A stretch of 64,000 nt of DNA from Nibricoccus sp. (GTDB taxonomy: Bacteria > Verrucomicrobiota > Verrucomicrobiia > Opitutales > Opitutaceae). The notes beneath the pieces were generated by a model. That model did not search any database. It worked only from the letters and a program-made list of their open reading frames with translations, and was not told the DNA's origin. The DNA lies in contig JASGHG010000001.1 of NCBI GenBank assembly GCA_047602425.1, positions 3,584,001 through 3,648,000 of the forward strand. The letters are read 5' to 3'. Below, in pieces: positions 29,528-39,743 of the stretch; the stretch's first letter is position 1, and each line of letters starts with the position of its first letter. A program made the position numbers and the translations under genes.

Positions 29528-29968
29528 TTACGGTTTCGCCGCTGCTGTTTCGGCTTTTTGTTTTTCGCGATTTGCCTCGGCCACCTTTTTCAAATCGTAC
29601 GCCGGATAGCATTCGGTGCGGAAAATTTTCCAAGCTGCGCGCTCCATCGCGAGATTGACCTCGCGCAAACGCGCTGGCGGCACGCGCAAAGTCACCGCGT
29701 GACCAAGGCCCATGACGACGTACCATGATTCGACTTGGATACCCTCTGGCGGAAACTCGGCCCAGAATTTTTGGTCCTTCATCAGCTGTTGGATCTCGGT
29801 GAGATTGCGCGATTCATCCTGCCGAAGGATGAAGTGGACAAGCACGTAGTCGGACTGAGTGCTGCCAACTGTGGCACTAGATGAAACTTGGGTGGTGGCG
29901 GTGGGTTCGGCCGAGTAGGCCGACGAAGCAATCAGGAGGGCGAATAAAGTAAGCAGGAGAGGTTTCAT
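29528..29968 (-). CDS. Secreted conserved hypothetical protein
   Basis: Signal peptide MKPLLL..SAYS; FPPEG..V.SWYVVMG core. Confidence 0.75.
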   Translation of the reverse strand: MKPLLLTLFALLIASSAYSAEPTATTQVSSSATVGSTQSDYVLVHFILRQDESRNLTEIQQLMKDQKFWAEFPPEGIQVESWYVVMGLGHAVTLRVPPARLREVNLAMERAAWKIFRTECYPAYDLKKVAEANREKQKAETAAAKP

Positions 29969-30157
29969 GCCAGACAACCATGTGCTGCCGTTTTCTCCCG
30001 TCAAATGAGTCGCCCGCTTTGCCCGGTTCAGCCAAAACTTACATGGCCGCGGTTTTAGCGGTGGCAAACGGTGTGGAACGTATTACGTGACACGTTTACC
30101 GCAGCCGCACAGGTAAAGGGCAGGATGTACCGAAGCCAATTATCCGAGGAAGGGAAC

Positions 30158-30784
30158 TTACCAGCCGCAGTCGCAGCCATATTCGCCCGGTCGGTGCGAA
30201 CCACGTCCGTTAAAATTGAACTGCGAGAGGACGACCGTGAATGCGAATTTGCCGTCAGGATCACTCACAGTGGTGGCCATCGATGCACCATAACCACTGC
30301 GGCCGCCACTGCCCCACATGTAGGCGAGCGTGACTTCGCCATGCACTTCGAGTTTTTTGGGAGTGATTTCAACCCAGTCTCCTCCTGGAGGCGTGGAGAC
30401 AAAGGGCTTCGTTATGAGTGGGCCGGGTGGTGCGGGCCGATTGGCTACGGCGAGTGCGACGAGTTCGTCGAGACGCTTGAGTTCGGGCGTCATGAGTTGA
30501 TCGAGCCCGGCGTCCTTGCGCTGTTGCGGCGACCGGCGGCGCGTAAACGACGTCGAAAACGCCGGCGTATCGCCTTGCCGCGCGACAGAGATTTCGCGTT
30601 GGACTTGCGCATCGAGCGAGGCCAGTTGCTCCGCGGAAAGCTTGGCGAAACCGATGGCGACTTTATTTTCTTCAGTAAGTGAAGCGGTGAAGCCCGTCGG
30701 CTCGGCCCGAACGGACAGAACCGAAAGCAAAGCCACGGCCATCAAGCCGCTGATCAACCGTGGAATTTTGCGGGCGAGCTTCAC
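30158..30784 (-). CDS. Secreted hypothetical protein
   Basis: Signal peptide; duplicated GxxxLxxExLxxLD helical unit; beta-rich C-terminus. Confidence 0.7.
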   Translation of the reverse strand: MKLARKIPRLISGLMAVALLSVLSVRAEPTGFTASLTEENKVAIGFAKLSAEQLASLDAQVQREISVARQGDTPAFSTSFTRRRSPQQRKDAGLDQLMTPELKRLDELVALAVANRPAPPGPLITKPFVSTPPGGDWVEITPKKLEVHGEVTLAYMWGSGGRSGYGASMATTVSDPDGKFAFTVVLSQFNFNGRGSHRPGEYGCDCGW

Positions 30785-30890
30785 AATGAATCCGACGCTG
30801 ACATGCGGGGGAATGTTCCGCGAGATTAGAACGCGACGACGGGAAATTTCGTTTGTCCGTTTTTGCCCGATTGGCTATGGAAGCGTTTCT

Positions 30891-32165
30891 ATGAAATTGC
30901 CCCGTTTTCTTTCGACGTTGTTGGTCATTGGCTTGGCGCTGGTTTGGTTGACTGGCGCCACTCACGCGCAGGATGCCGCGACAGTTTCGTCGCTCGGTTT
31001 TTCTCCCGAGCGACTGCAGCGGCTCGACGCTGTGATGCAGGAAAGTGTGGCGAAAAAAGAGATCGCCGGCGGCATCATGTACATCGCTCGCAACGGGCAA
31101 ATCGTGAAACTTCAGGCCTACGGCATGCAGGATATCGAAAACGGGAAGCCCATGCAGACCGATGCTATTTTCCGCATCGCTTCGATGAGCAAAGCCGTCA
31201 CGACGGTCGCCATCATGATGCTCTACGAGGAAGGGCGTTTCATGTTAAAGGATCCTGTTTCCAAATATATCCCGGCCTTTGCCAACTCCGTTGTCGCCGT
31301 GCCTCCGCCGGCTGGTTCGGCTTCCGAGGCAAAATACGTTACCGTGCCGCTGAAGCGCCCAATCCAGATCCGTGATCTGCTCACGCACACCGCCGGCCTC
31401 ACCTACGGCGACGGGCTCGCGAAGGAGGATTATAAAAAGGCCAATCTCACCGGCTGGTACTTTGCCAACCGCAGCGAAACCATCGGAGAGGCGATGAACC
31501 GCCTTGCCACGCTTCCCTTGCATGGCCAGCCCGGTGAAGCGTTCCAGTACGGTTACGCGACCGACGTGCTCGGTTACCTCGTTGAAGTGGTTTCGGGTAT
31601 GCCTCTCGACAAATTCGTCGAGGAACGCATCTGCGGTCCGTTGAAAATGAAAGACACCTGCTTTTTTCTGCCGCCCGAAAAGGTTTCTCGTTTCACCAAT
31701 CTCTATGGTTATGAAAACGGGAAACTCGTGTTGAAGGAGAAGGCGTCGACGTCTGACTACGTGCAGGGCCCGCGCAAATGTTTTTCGGGCGGGGCCGGAC
31801 TACTTTCCACCGCCAACGATTATGGACGGCTTCTGCAGATGCTGCTCAATGGCGGCGAACTCGATGGGGTGCGTCTGCTCGCTCCGAAGACGGTCGAGCT
31901 GATGCATCAAAACCACGTTGGAAACAAATTCTCTGGCGAAGGCGACGGGTTCGGCCTCGGTTTTTGGGTGAAGGGCGACGTCGGTAATTGTGGCGAGATC
32001 GGCAGCGAAGGCGCTTACGGGTGGGGTAGTGCGTACTATCCGCAATACCTCGTCGACCCAAAGGAGAAGCTCGTGATGTTCTTCATGACACAGCTCATGC
32101 CGGCCGGAAGCTATACGCTCAACCAGCGTTTCAAGGTGCTGACTTACCAAGCGCTGATAAAGTGA
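30891..32165 (+). CDS. Serine hydrolase, beta-lactamase class C/esterase family
   Basis: FRIASMSK (SxxK), LLTHTAG, FQYG, WGS; signal peptide. Confidence 0.9.
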   Translation: MKLPRFLSTLLVIGLALVWLTGATHAQDAATVSSLGFSPERLQRLDAVMQESVAKKEIAGGIMYIARNGQIVKLQAYGMQDIENGKPMQTDAIFRIASMSKAVTTVAIMMLYEEGRFMLKDPVSKYIPAFANSVVAVPPPAGSASEAKYVTVPLKRPIQIRDLLTHTAGLTYGDGLAKEDYKKANLTGWYFANRSETIGEAMNRLATLPLHGQPGEAFQYGYATDVLGYLVEVVSGMPLDKFVEERICGPLKMKDTCFFLPPEKVSRFTNLYGYENGKLVLKEKASTSDYVQGPRKCFSGGAGLLSTANDYGRLLQMLLNGGELDGVRLLAPKTVELMHQNHVGNKFSGEGDGFGLGFWVKGDVGNCGEIGSEGAYGWGSAYYPQYLVDPKEKLVMFFMTQLMPAGSYTLNQRFKVLTYQALIK

Positions 32166-32367
32166 GTAGTCGGAGGTCGCTTTTCTCACTGTTGCGGACC
32201 GTTCGTGCGTCTTGTCTGACGTGTGACAGACGATTGTCTCATGGCACATTTTTGACTGCAAATTGTGTCAAACTGGCGCGTTTTTGCGCCTTCGGAAACA
32301 GCGCGATTTCGCGCTTAAAAATTGTTAGAGTTTATTTGAAAACAGTTTAAGTGAAGAGTCGGCCTCA

Positions 32368-32383
32368 AGGCACGTCCATTGCT
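32368..32383 (+). promoter_or_regulatory. Sigma54 -24/-12 promoter candidate for dnaK
   Basis: AGGCACG-TCCA-TTGCT; GG at 32369-70 and GC at 32381-82 with canonical spacing. Confidence 0.6.
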
Positions 32384-32394
32384 GAAGCAGGGGC

Positions 32395-34335
32395 ATGAGT
32401 CGCATTCTAGGTATCGATCTTGGCACCACAAACTCCTGCATGGCCATCATGGAAGGTGGCGAACCTGTGGTTATCCCTAACGCCGAAGGCGCGCGCACCA
32501 CTCCGTCGGTCGTCGCTTTCACGAAAACCGGCGAACGTCTTGTAGGCCAGGCCGCGAAACGCCAGGCCGTCACCAATCCGAGCAACACCATTTTCTCGGC
32601 CAAGCGTTTGATCGGTCGCAAATTTAACGAAATCCAAAAAGAGGCCGCTGGTTTCCCCTTCAAAGTCGTCGAAGGCAAAAACAGCGACGCCTACATCGAA
32701 GTTAAAGTCGGTGACAAAACCGAACGCTTCGCTCCCGAACAAATTTCGTCGTTCGTCCTCGCGAAAATGAAGGCCGACGCCGAGGCCTATCTCGGGGAAA
32801 AAATCACGCAGGCCGTCATCACCGTTCCCGCTTATTTCAACGACGCGCAACGTCAGGCCACCAAGGACGCGGGCAAAATCGCCGGTCTTGAAGTGATGCG
32901 CATCATCAACGAGCCGACCGCCGCGTCGCTCGCTTACGGTCTCGACAAGAAGAAGGACGAAAAAATTTCCGTCTTCGATCTCGGTGGCGGTACGTTCGAC
33001 GTTTCCGTGCTCGAAATTGGCGACGGCGTCTTCGAAGTCAAAGCCACCAACGGCGACACGCACCTTGGCGGTGACAATTGGGACGAGGCCATCATCACCT
33101 GGCTCGTCGACACTTTCAAAAAGGAAAATGGCATCGATCTCCGCAAGGACCCGATGGCCCTCCAGCGCCTCAAGGAAGAAGCTGAAAAAGCCAAGATCGC
33201 TCTCTCCTCTACCCAGTCCGTAGATATAAATCTTCCCTTCATCACGGCAGACGCTTCCGGCCCGAAGCATCTGAACGTCCAGCTCAGCCGCGCGAAGATG
33301 GAGCAGATCTGCGAATCGCTCTTCGAACGCTGCCTTCAGCCGTTCAAGAACTGTCTCAAGGACGCCAATCTCTCTTCCTCGCAAATCGACGAACTCGTTC
33401 TCGTCGGTGGCATGACCCGCATGCCTAAGGTGGTCGAAATCGCCAAACAGCTCGGCGGCAAACCGCCGCACCAGGGCGTCAATCCCGATGAAGTCGTTGC
33501 CGTCGGCGCGGCCATCCAAGGTGGCGTGCTCAAGGGCGAAGTCCGCGACGTGCTCCTCCTCGACGTCACTCCGCTGACGCTCGGCATCGAAACCGCTGGC
33601 CAGGTTGCCACGCCGATGATCCCGCGCAACACCACGATCCCGTCGAAGAAGACGCAGGTGTTCTCCACTTATTCCGACAACCAGCCCGGCGTCGAAATCG
33701 TCGTCCTCCAAGGCGAACGCCCGATGTCGCGCGACAACAAAACGCTCGGCACGTTCAAGCTCGACGGCATTCCGCCGGCGCCGCGCGGCGTTCCGCAGAT
33801 CGAGGTCACTTTCGACATCGACGCGAACGGCATCCTCCACGTTTCCGCCAAGGACCTCGGCACTGGCAAGGACCAGAAAATCACCATCCAAGGCTCGTCC
33901 GGCCTCTCCAAGGAAGAGGTCGAGAAGATGACCAAGGAAGCCGAACTCCACGCCGCCGAGGACAAAAAGCGCAAGGAAGCCGTCGAAACCAAGAACCAGC
34001 TCGACAGCTCCATCTACCAACTCGAAAAAGCCATCAAGGACGCGGGCGACAAACTCCCCGCCGACAAGAAAGGCCCGATCGAGTCCGCCATCGCTTCCGC
34101 GAAGAAGGATCTTGAAACAAACGACACCGACAAGATGAAGGCTGCCCTCGAAAATCTTTCGAAACTTGGCGCCGAACTCTATGCCGAAGCCCAGAAGGCT
34201 CAGCAGGCCGCGGGTGCGGCCGGCGCCGAAGGTCCTTCCGCTGGCCCCGCGCCAGAGGGCGCGAAGAAAACCGAGAAGAAGGCCGACGTGGTCGATGCCG
34301 ACTTCGAAGTAGTGGACGACGACAAGAAGAAATAA
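32395..34335 (+). CDS. dnaK: Chaperone DnaK
   Basis: [33 protein letters not shown] tail. Confidence 0.99.
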   Translation: MSRILGIDLGTTNSCMAIMEGGEPVVIPNAEGARTTPSVVAFTKTGERLVGQAAKRQAVTNPSNTIFSAKRLIGRKFNEIQKEAAGFPFKVVEGKNSDAYIEVKVGDKTERFAPEQISSFVLAKMKADAEAYLGEKITQAVITVPAYFNDAQRQATKDAGKIAGLEVMRIINEPTAASLAYGLDKKKDEKISVFDLGGGTFDVSVLEIGDGVFEVKATNGDTHLGGDNWDEAIITWLVDTFKKENGIDLRKDPMALQRLKEEAEKAKIALSSTQSVDINLPFITADASGPKHLNVQLSRAKMEQICESLFERCLQPFKNCLKDANLSSSQIDELVLVGGMTRMPKVVEIAKQLGGKPPHQGVNPDEVVAVGAAIQGGVLKGEVRDVLLLDVTPLTLGIETAGQVATPMIPRNTTIPSKKTQVFSTYSDNQPGVEIVVLQGERPMSRDNKTLGTFKLDGIPPAPRGVPQIEVTFDIDANGILHVSAKDLGTGKDQKITIQGSSGLSKEEVEKMTKEAELHAAEDKKRKEAVETKNQLDSSIYQLEKAIKDAGDKLPADKKGPIESAIASAKKDLETNDTDKMKAALENLSKLGAELYAEAQKAQQAAGAAGAEGPSAGPAPEGAKKTEKKADVVDADFEVVDDDKKK

Positions 34336-34426
34336 TTTTCGTGAATTTGCGCGAACCGGTTGGCAGAGCCCGCCGGTTCGCGTCGTTCCTGAAAGAACAA
34401 CACCTCCTCAACCCAAACTAAATAAT

Positions 34427-34723
34427 ATGGCTAAAGTTAACATCAAACCCATCGGCGACCGTGTTCTCGTGCAACACATCGAAGAGAAGGAACAAGTCCG
34501 CGGCGGGATCATCATTCCCGACTCCGCCAAGGAAAAGCCCCAAGAGGCCAAGGTCATTGCCCTCGGAACCGGCAAGAAGGACGAATCCGGCAAGCTCGTG
34601 GCTTTCGAGGTGAAAGTCGGCGACAAGGTGCTCATCAGCAAGTACGGCGGCACCGAAGTGAAGATCGACGGCGAGAAGTTCACTCTCGTCCGCGAAGACG
34701 ACATCCTCGGCGTCATCGCCTGA
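34427..34723 (+). CDS. groES: Co-chaperonin GroES
   Basis: [23 protein letters not shown]. Confidence 0.99.
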   Translation: MAKVNIKPIGDRVLVQHIEEKEQVRGGIIIPDSAKEKPQEAKVIALGTGKKDESGKLVAFEVKVGDKVLISKYGGTEVKIDGEKFTLVREDDILGVIA

Positions 34724-34776
34724 GCTTAACGAACCAGTTACTTAAACCTAAATCTCAGACTTAAACTTTTAAGAAT

Positions 34777-36408
34777 ATGCCTGCTAAACAAATCATTTTC
34801 GACGAGACAGCCCGTCAAAAGATCCTCAAGGGCGTGGAGCTCCTCTCCAAGGCCGTTAAAGTCACCCTCGGACCCAAGGGCCGCAATGTCGTCATCGACA
34901 AGAAATTCGGTTCTCCGACCGTCACCAAGGACGGCGTGACCGTCGCGAAGGAAATCGAGCTTCCGGACGCTTACGAGAACATCGGCGCCCAGCTCGTGAA
35001 GGAAGTCGCTTCCAAGACCTCCGACGCTGCCGGCGACGGTACCACCACCGCCACGGTGCTCGCCGAGGGCATCTACCGCGAAGGCCTCAAGAACGTCACC
35101 GCCGGTGCCAACCCGGTTTACCTGAAGCGTGGTATCGACAAGGCTGTTGAAGCCGCCGTTACCGAACTCGCCAAAATCTCCAAGAAGGTCAGCGAAAGCG
35201 AAGAGATTCGCCAGGTTGCCGCCGTGTCCGCCAACTGGGACTACGAGGTCGCCGACAAGATCGCCGAAGCCATGGACAAGGTCGGCAAAGACGGCACCAT
35301 CACCGTTGAAGAAGCCAAGTCCATCGAAACCACCCTCGACGTCGTCGAAGGCATGCAGTTCGACAAGGGCTATCTCTCTCCCTACTTCTCAACCAACGCC
35401 GAGACCCAGGAAGCCGTCCTCGAAGACGCTTACATTCTGATCCACGAAAAGAAGATCAGCAACCTCCAGGAATTCCTCCCGATCCTCCAAACCACCGCCA
35501 AATCCGGCAAGCCCCTCCTCATCATCGCTGAAGAGGTCGAAGGCGAAGCCCTCGCCGCGCTCGTGGTCAACAAGATCCGTGGTACCTTGAACGTGGTTGC
35601 GGTCAAGGCTCCTGGCTTCGGTGATCGCCGCAAGGCCATCCTCGAAGACATCGCCGTCCTCACTGGTGGCAAGCTCCTCTCCGAAGACCTCGGCATCAAG
35701 CTCGAGAACGTCCAGATCAGCGACCTCGGCCGTGCCAAGCGCATCGTCGTCGACAAGGAAAACACCACGATCGTCGAAGGTTCGGGCAAATCGTCCGACA
35801 TCCAGGGCCGCGTGAAACAGATCCGCCGCCAGATCGAGGAAACCACCTCCGACTACGACCGCGAGAAGCTCCAAGAGCGCCTCGCGAAGCTCGCCGGTGG
35901 CGTTGCCGTCATCAATGTCGGCGCCGCGACCGAAGCCGAAATGAAGGAAAAGAAAGCCCGCGTCGAAGACGCGCTGCACGCGACCCGCGCAGCCGTTCAG
36001 GAAGGCATCGTCGCCGGTGGTGGCGTTGCTCTCCTCCGCACCGCGAAGGCGATCGAAGCCCTCAAGCTCGAAGGCGACGAAGCCCTCGGCGCCGCGATCG
36101 TTCGCCGCGCGATTGAGCACCCGCTCAAGCAGCTCTGCACCAACGCTGGTGTTGACGGTGGCGTTGTCGTCAAGGAAGTCCTCGGCGGCAAAGCCAACTT
36201 CGGCTACAACGTCGCGACCGACAAGTACGAGGATCTCGTCAAGGCCGGCGTCGTCGACCCGACCAAGGTGACCCGCACCGCTCTGCAGAACGCCGCTTCG
36301 ATTGCCGGCCTCTTGCTGACGACCGAAGCGATCATCGCCGAGATTCCCGAGAAGAAGGAAGCTCACGCTCCCGCCCCCGGCGGCGGCATGGGCGGCATGG
36401 ACTACTAA
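34777..36408 (+). CDS. groEL: Chaperonin GroEL
   Basis: [25 protein letters not shown] tail. Confidence 0.99.
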   Translation: MPAKQIIFDETARQKILKGVELLSKAVKVTLGPKGRNVVIDKKFGSPTVTKDGVTVAKEIELPDAYENIGAQLVKEVASKTSDAAGDGTTTATVLAEGIYREGLKNVTAGANPVYLKRGIDKAVEAAVTELAKISKKVSESEEIRQVAAVSANWDYEVADKIAEAMDKVGKDGTITVEEAKSIETTLDVVEGMQFDKGYLSPYFSTNAETQEAVLEDAYILIHEKKISNLQEFLPILQTTAKSGKPLLIIAEEVEGEALAALVVNKIRGTLNVVAVKAPGFGDRRKAILEDIAVLTGGKLLSEDLGIKLENVQISDLGRAKRIVVDKENTTIVEGSGKSSDIQGRVKQIRRQIEETTSDYDREKLQERLAKLAGGVAVINVGAATEAEMKEKKARVEDALHATRAAVQEGIVAGGGVALLRTAKAIEALKLEGDEALGAAIVRRAIEHPLKQLCTNAGVDGGVVVKEVLGGKANFGYNVATDKYEDLVKAGVVDPTKVTRTALQNAASIAGLLLTTEAIIAEIPEKKEAHAPAPGGGMGGMDY

Positions 36409-36439
36409 GTCCAAGCCAATTTCTATCGCCAAAAACTTC

Positions 36440-36473
36440 AACGGTGCCGCAGAAAACGCGGTGCCGTTTTTTT
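36440..36473 (+). terminator. Rho-independent terminator after groEL
   Basis: AACGGTGCCGC-agaaaac-GCGGTGCCGTT plus T-tract (G-U pairs in stem). Confidence 0.75.
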
Positions 36474-36501
36474 GTGCCTCTGGCAAGCGGTTCGTCTGAG
36501 G

Positions 36502-36613
36502 GTAGGATGGGCTATCCTTGACCCGCCGTGTTGTCTTCTGGCGGTTTTAAAAGGTAGGGCGCGACCGCCGGGCGCTCGAGGATCAAAGTAGGGGCAATGC
36601 TCCTATTGTCCTC
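36502..36613 (+). repeat. Three GTAG-headed REP-like imperfect palindromes
   Basis: GTAGG at 36502, 36554 and 36588, each followed by a short imperfect inverted repeat. Confidence 0.5.
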
Positions 36614-36630
36614 AATGTTTTGGTTCCTTT

Positions 36631-37209
36631 TTAGGGATGAACTCTATTGTTTGGTGGTATGGCGCTCGGTGATAGTGCAGTTTCAGTGTTAGACTCCAGC
36701 TGCGTAGGCCGCTCATAGAGTTTCACCACTGACAATATCTTGTCATAGAGGCGCTGCGCCTCCGCTGTAGCTAAGGTTTCCGTCTGTCTGTTCGGTAAAG
36801 GGTCGACAGCCATATGAAAACTTATGCTTGAGTTTTCAAACTCCGCATCAGGCAAACTAGGCTTTGCAGCGTTTTTGTATTCCTCTAAGGCTTCTTTTGT
36901 GAATTTATTCGTTCTCAGCTTCTCACGGATTTTTTCACTTTCTTTGTAGTTTTTCTTCCACTGCGCAGGATCGATGTGGGGACTGAAGTAGATATTAATG
37001 AGAAATACAAAGCGCGCGGATTTGCGGAAGGAATCAGACGGTTCGATCTTAACGCAGGAGATCGAATCTTCATCGGAGCCTATGGAAACAATATAGTCTG
37101 GGCTAAATAGCGGTTCCAACTTTTGCTTTAACTTTGCCTTTTCGGAGGTCGAATCCGCTAGGGCTATGCACGTAAGGCATCCAAACAGAAAAAGGATCAC
37201 AGTTTTCAT
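36631..37209 (-). CDS. Secreted hypothetical protein, low GC
   Basis: MKTVILFLFGCLTCIALA signal peptide; AT-rich compared with flanks. Confidence 0.65.
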   Translation of the reverse strand: MKTVILFLFGCLTCIALADSTSEKAKLKQKLEPLFSPDYIVSIGSDEDSISCVKIEPSDSFRKSARFVFLINIYFSPHIDPAQWKKNYKESEKIREKLRTNKFTKEALEEYKNAAKPSLPDAEFENSSISFHMAVDPLPNRQTETLATAEAQRLYDKILSVVKLYERPTQLESNTETALSPSAIPPNNRVHP

Positions 37210-37415
37210 TTCATTCCGAAAGCGATGTTTAGCAGCAAATTTGAGGTTCCCGACTGATACAATTCTCTCCTCAAGATTATTGCCGTGACGCTCGGCGAGC
37301 AAGGGGGAACACAGCCGGGGAGAAAAATAGAGACTCTGCTAATTCGGTTTTTTCCACTTTCTTCCGTCTTGATAAATGACGGACTTCAATCATATCTTTT
37401 CAGCCTTTGTTACCC

Positions 37416-38732
37416 ATGAGCCTCGTTGAAAAGATCAAACAAGCCGGTGTTGTCGGTGCTGGTGGCGGTGGTTTTCCCACCCATGTGAAGTTTGCCGCCA
37501 AGGTCGACACCGTCATCGCCAACGGTGCCGAGTGCGAACCGTTGCTGCACAAGGACGCGGTCGTCATGGAACGTCAGGCGCAGGAAATGATCCGCGGCAT
37601 GCAACTCGCGATGGAAGCCGTCGGCGCGAAGGTCGGCATCGTCGGCATCAAGGCGAAGAACAAGCACGCTGTCGAAGCCGTTGAAGCCGCTTGCGCTGGC
37701 ACTGCGGTGCGCGTGCATCTGCTCGGTGATTATTATCCGGCGGGCGACGAATACGATTTGGTTTATGAATCCACCGGTCGCTTGATTCCGCCGGGCGGCA
37801 TTCCGCTCAACGTCGGTGCGGTCGTCTGCAACGTCGAGACCTACGTCAACATCGCCGCTGCCGCCGAGGGAAAACCTGTCACGCATAAAACGCTCACCAT
37901 TGCCGGCGCCGTGCGCGAACCGATGACGATCACTGTTCCGCTCGGCGTCACACTTCGCGAGTGCATCGCGCTAGCTGGGGGTGCAACCGTTGCTGATCCC
38001 GTGCTCGCCATCGGCGGCATGATGATGGGCGAGACGACCGACAATCTCGACCGCCCCGTGACAAAAACCACTGGTGGCGTGATCGTGCTCGCGCGCGACC
38101 ATCACGTGGTGGAACGCAAACTGAAACCCGCGCCGCAACAAAACGCCATCGGTAAATCCGCGTGCGATCAATGCCGCTATTGCACGGAGCTTTGCCCTCG
38201 TTTCCTCCTCGGCTACGCCGTCGAACCGCACCAGGTCATGCGCACGCTGGCCTTTACTGCGACCGGCGCGGAGCGTTTCAATGATTGGGCGGCGATGTGC
38301 TGCTCATGCGGACTCTGCACATTGTTCTCGTGCCCCGAGGAACTTTTCCCGAAGGAAGCCTGCGACCAATCGAAGGCCGAACTGCGCAAGAACAACGTCA
38401 AATATTCCGGTCCGACGACGGTTGAGGTTCATCCCATGCGCGACGGCCGTCGCGTACCGATCAAGAGCCTGATGTCGAAGCTCGATATCGCTCAGTACGA
38501 CGATCCCGCGCACTTCCAGGCGAAGGAAATTTCCTCCAAGCGTCTGGTTCTTCCGCTCAAACAGAGCGCTGGCGCTCCGTCCGTCGCTATCGTGAAAACC
38601 GGTGACCGCGTTTCCGCCGGACAACAGCTCACCGAAATCGCGGAGAAGGCGCTCGGCGCACGCCTCCATGCACCAGTGGCTGCGACCGTCGCCGAAGTGA
38701 CCGCTCAAGCCATCGTCCTCGACCGGGCCTGA
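37416..38732 (+). CDS. pduS: PduS/RnfC-like flavin and 4Fe-4S oxidoreductase
   Basis: GVVGAGGGGFPTHVK, ANGAECEPLL, YPAGDE, CDQCRYCTELCP, CCSCGLCTLFSCP. Confidence 0.85.
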   Translation: MSLVEKIKQAGVVGAGGGGFPTHVKFAAKVDTVIANGAECEPLLHKDAVVMERQAQEMIRGMQLAMEAVGAKVGIVGIKAKNKHAVEAVEAACAGTAVRVHLLGDYYPAGDEYDLVYESTGRLIPPGGIPLNVGAVVCNVETYVNIAAAAEGKPVTHKTLTIAGAVREPMTITVPLGVTLRECIALAGGATVADPVLAIGGMMMGETTDNLDRPVTKTTGGVIVLARDHHVVERKLKPAPQQNAIGKSACDQCRYCTELCPRFLLGYAVEPHQVMRTLAFTATGAERFNDWAAMCCSCGLCTLFSCPEELFPKEACDQSKAELRKNNVKYSGPTTVEVHPMRDGRRVPIKSLMSKLDIAQYDDPAHFQAKEISSKRLVLPLKQSAGAPSVAIVKTGDRVSAGQQLTEIAEKALGARLHAPVAATVAEVTAQAIVLDRA

Positions 38733-38760
38733 CCCGCGAACCCCGAATTTTTCCACGCGT

Positions 38761-39312
38761 ATGACCGAAAACTCCATTGGCATGATCGAAATGTCCAGCG
38801 TGGCCGCTGGCTTCCTTGTGGCGGATACGATGCTCAAAGCGGGCAACGTGAAACTCTATTTGTCGCGGTCGATTTGTTCGGGCAAGTACATGGTGCTCGT
38901 TGCCGGCGATACCTCGTCCGTCGAGAGCGCAGTCTCAAGCGGCGCCGAAGCGGCCAAGGGCGTGATGATCGACAAATTTGTCATCTCGAACATTCATCCC
39001 GACGTGTTGATCGCGCTCGGCCGAACCAATGTCGTCCCGCCAGAAGGCGCGCTTGGCATTTTGGAATCCTTCAATGTTGCCACGCTCATTCGCGCCGCCG
39101 ACGCCGCGGCGAAAAGCGCGAGCGTGCAACTCCTCGAAGTTCGCCTCGCGATGGCCTTGGGTGGCAAAGCCTTTTTCACCATGACCGGCGATGTTGCCTC
39201 CGTGCAAGCCGCCGTGGCCGCTGGTCGCCGCCTGATCGGCGAAGCCGGCATGCTGGTAAACGCCGTCGTCATCCCGCGCCCGCACCCGAACGTTTACCGC
39301 GAGATGGTGTAA
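38761..39312 (+). CDS. pduT: Tandem-domain BMC shell protein (PduT-like)
   Basis: Two BMC domains; SICSGKY cysteine loop; ADAAAK, LGGK, VIPRPH. Confidence 0.85.
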   Translation: MTENSIGMIEMSSVAAGFLVADTMLKAGNVKLYLSRSICSGKYMVLVAGDTSSVESAVSSGAEAAKGVMIDKFVISNIHPDVLIALGRTNVVPPEGALGILESFNVATLIRAADAAAKSASVQLLEVRLAMALGGKAFFTMTGDVASVQAAVAAGRRLIGEAGMLVNAVVIPRPHPNVYREMV

Positions 39313-39547
39313 GTGCGGTAAAGCTCGGATTTGCTGATCAAGTGCCGGACAATGAAACTGAGCTTCGTGCCCTTTGCGACAGGTAGAGACGTTGAACAAA
39401 AAGCAGTGGTCCTTCGTGCGTCCTTCCCCTCGCGAGAATTACCGTCTTAGGCGAAATCCAGGCATTTTTCAGAGCGCCGCGAGGGTTTATCCACGGAATT
39501 TGCTTTCTTTCAGCGGAGCATCACAAACTCTGCGGGCGCGAGCGGTG

Positions 39548-39633
39548 CCAAACAGTTTGTCATCTATTGGATGACGAGAGTCTTTTAGACAATTGCACCT
39601 GCTCAGTGCGCTTGTCATTCATTAGATGACAAG
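39548..39633. repeat. Two intergenic TTGTCAT-N7-ATGAC palindromes
   Basis: 39555-39575 and 39611-39633; same family as the copies at 15373 and 15510. Confidence 0.8.
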
Positions 39634-39743
39634 GGGTTGGAGGTAGCGATAGGGTAGGAGGCGGAGTATTGAAATTGGAAATGGTGAGAGGACGTTATGT
39701 GGCGCGAGCTTGCCGATGGGCTGGGACCGCGTTTGCTGGGCGG

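Noticed and set aside
30891..32165. True beta-lactamase resistance gene
   Set aside because: SxxK plus LLTHxxG and WG motifs are typical of the broad esterase/serine hydrolase group; activity cannot be inferred
32274..32288. Second sigma54-like site TGGCGCG...TTGC upstream of dnaK
   Set aside because: GG-to-GC spacing is one base short
32407..34020. 537-aa antisense ORF over dnaK (also 35389..36486 over groEL)
   Set aside because: Shadow ORFs produced by strong codon bias of the sense genes; no independent motifs
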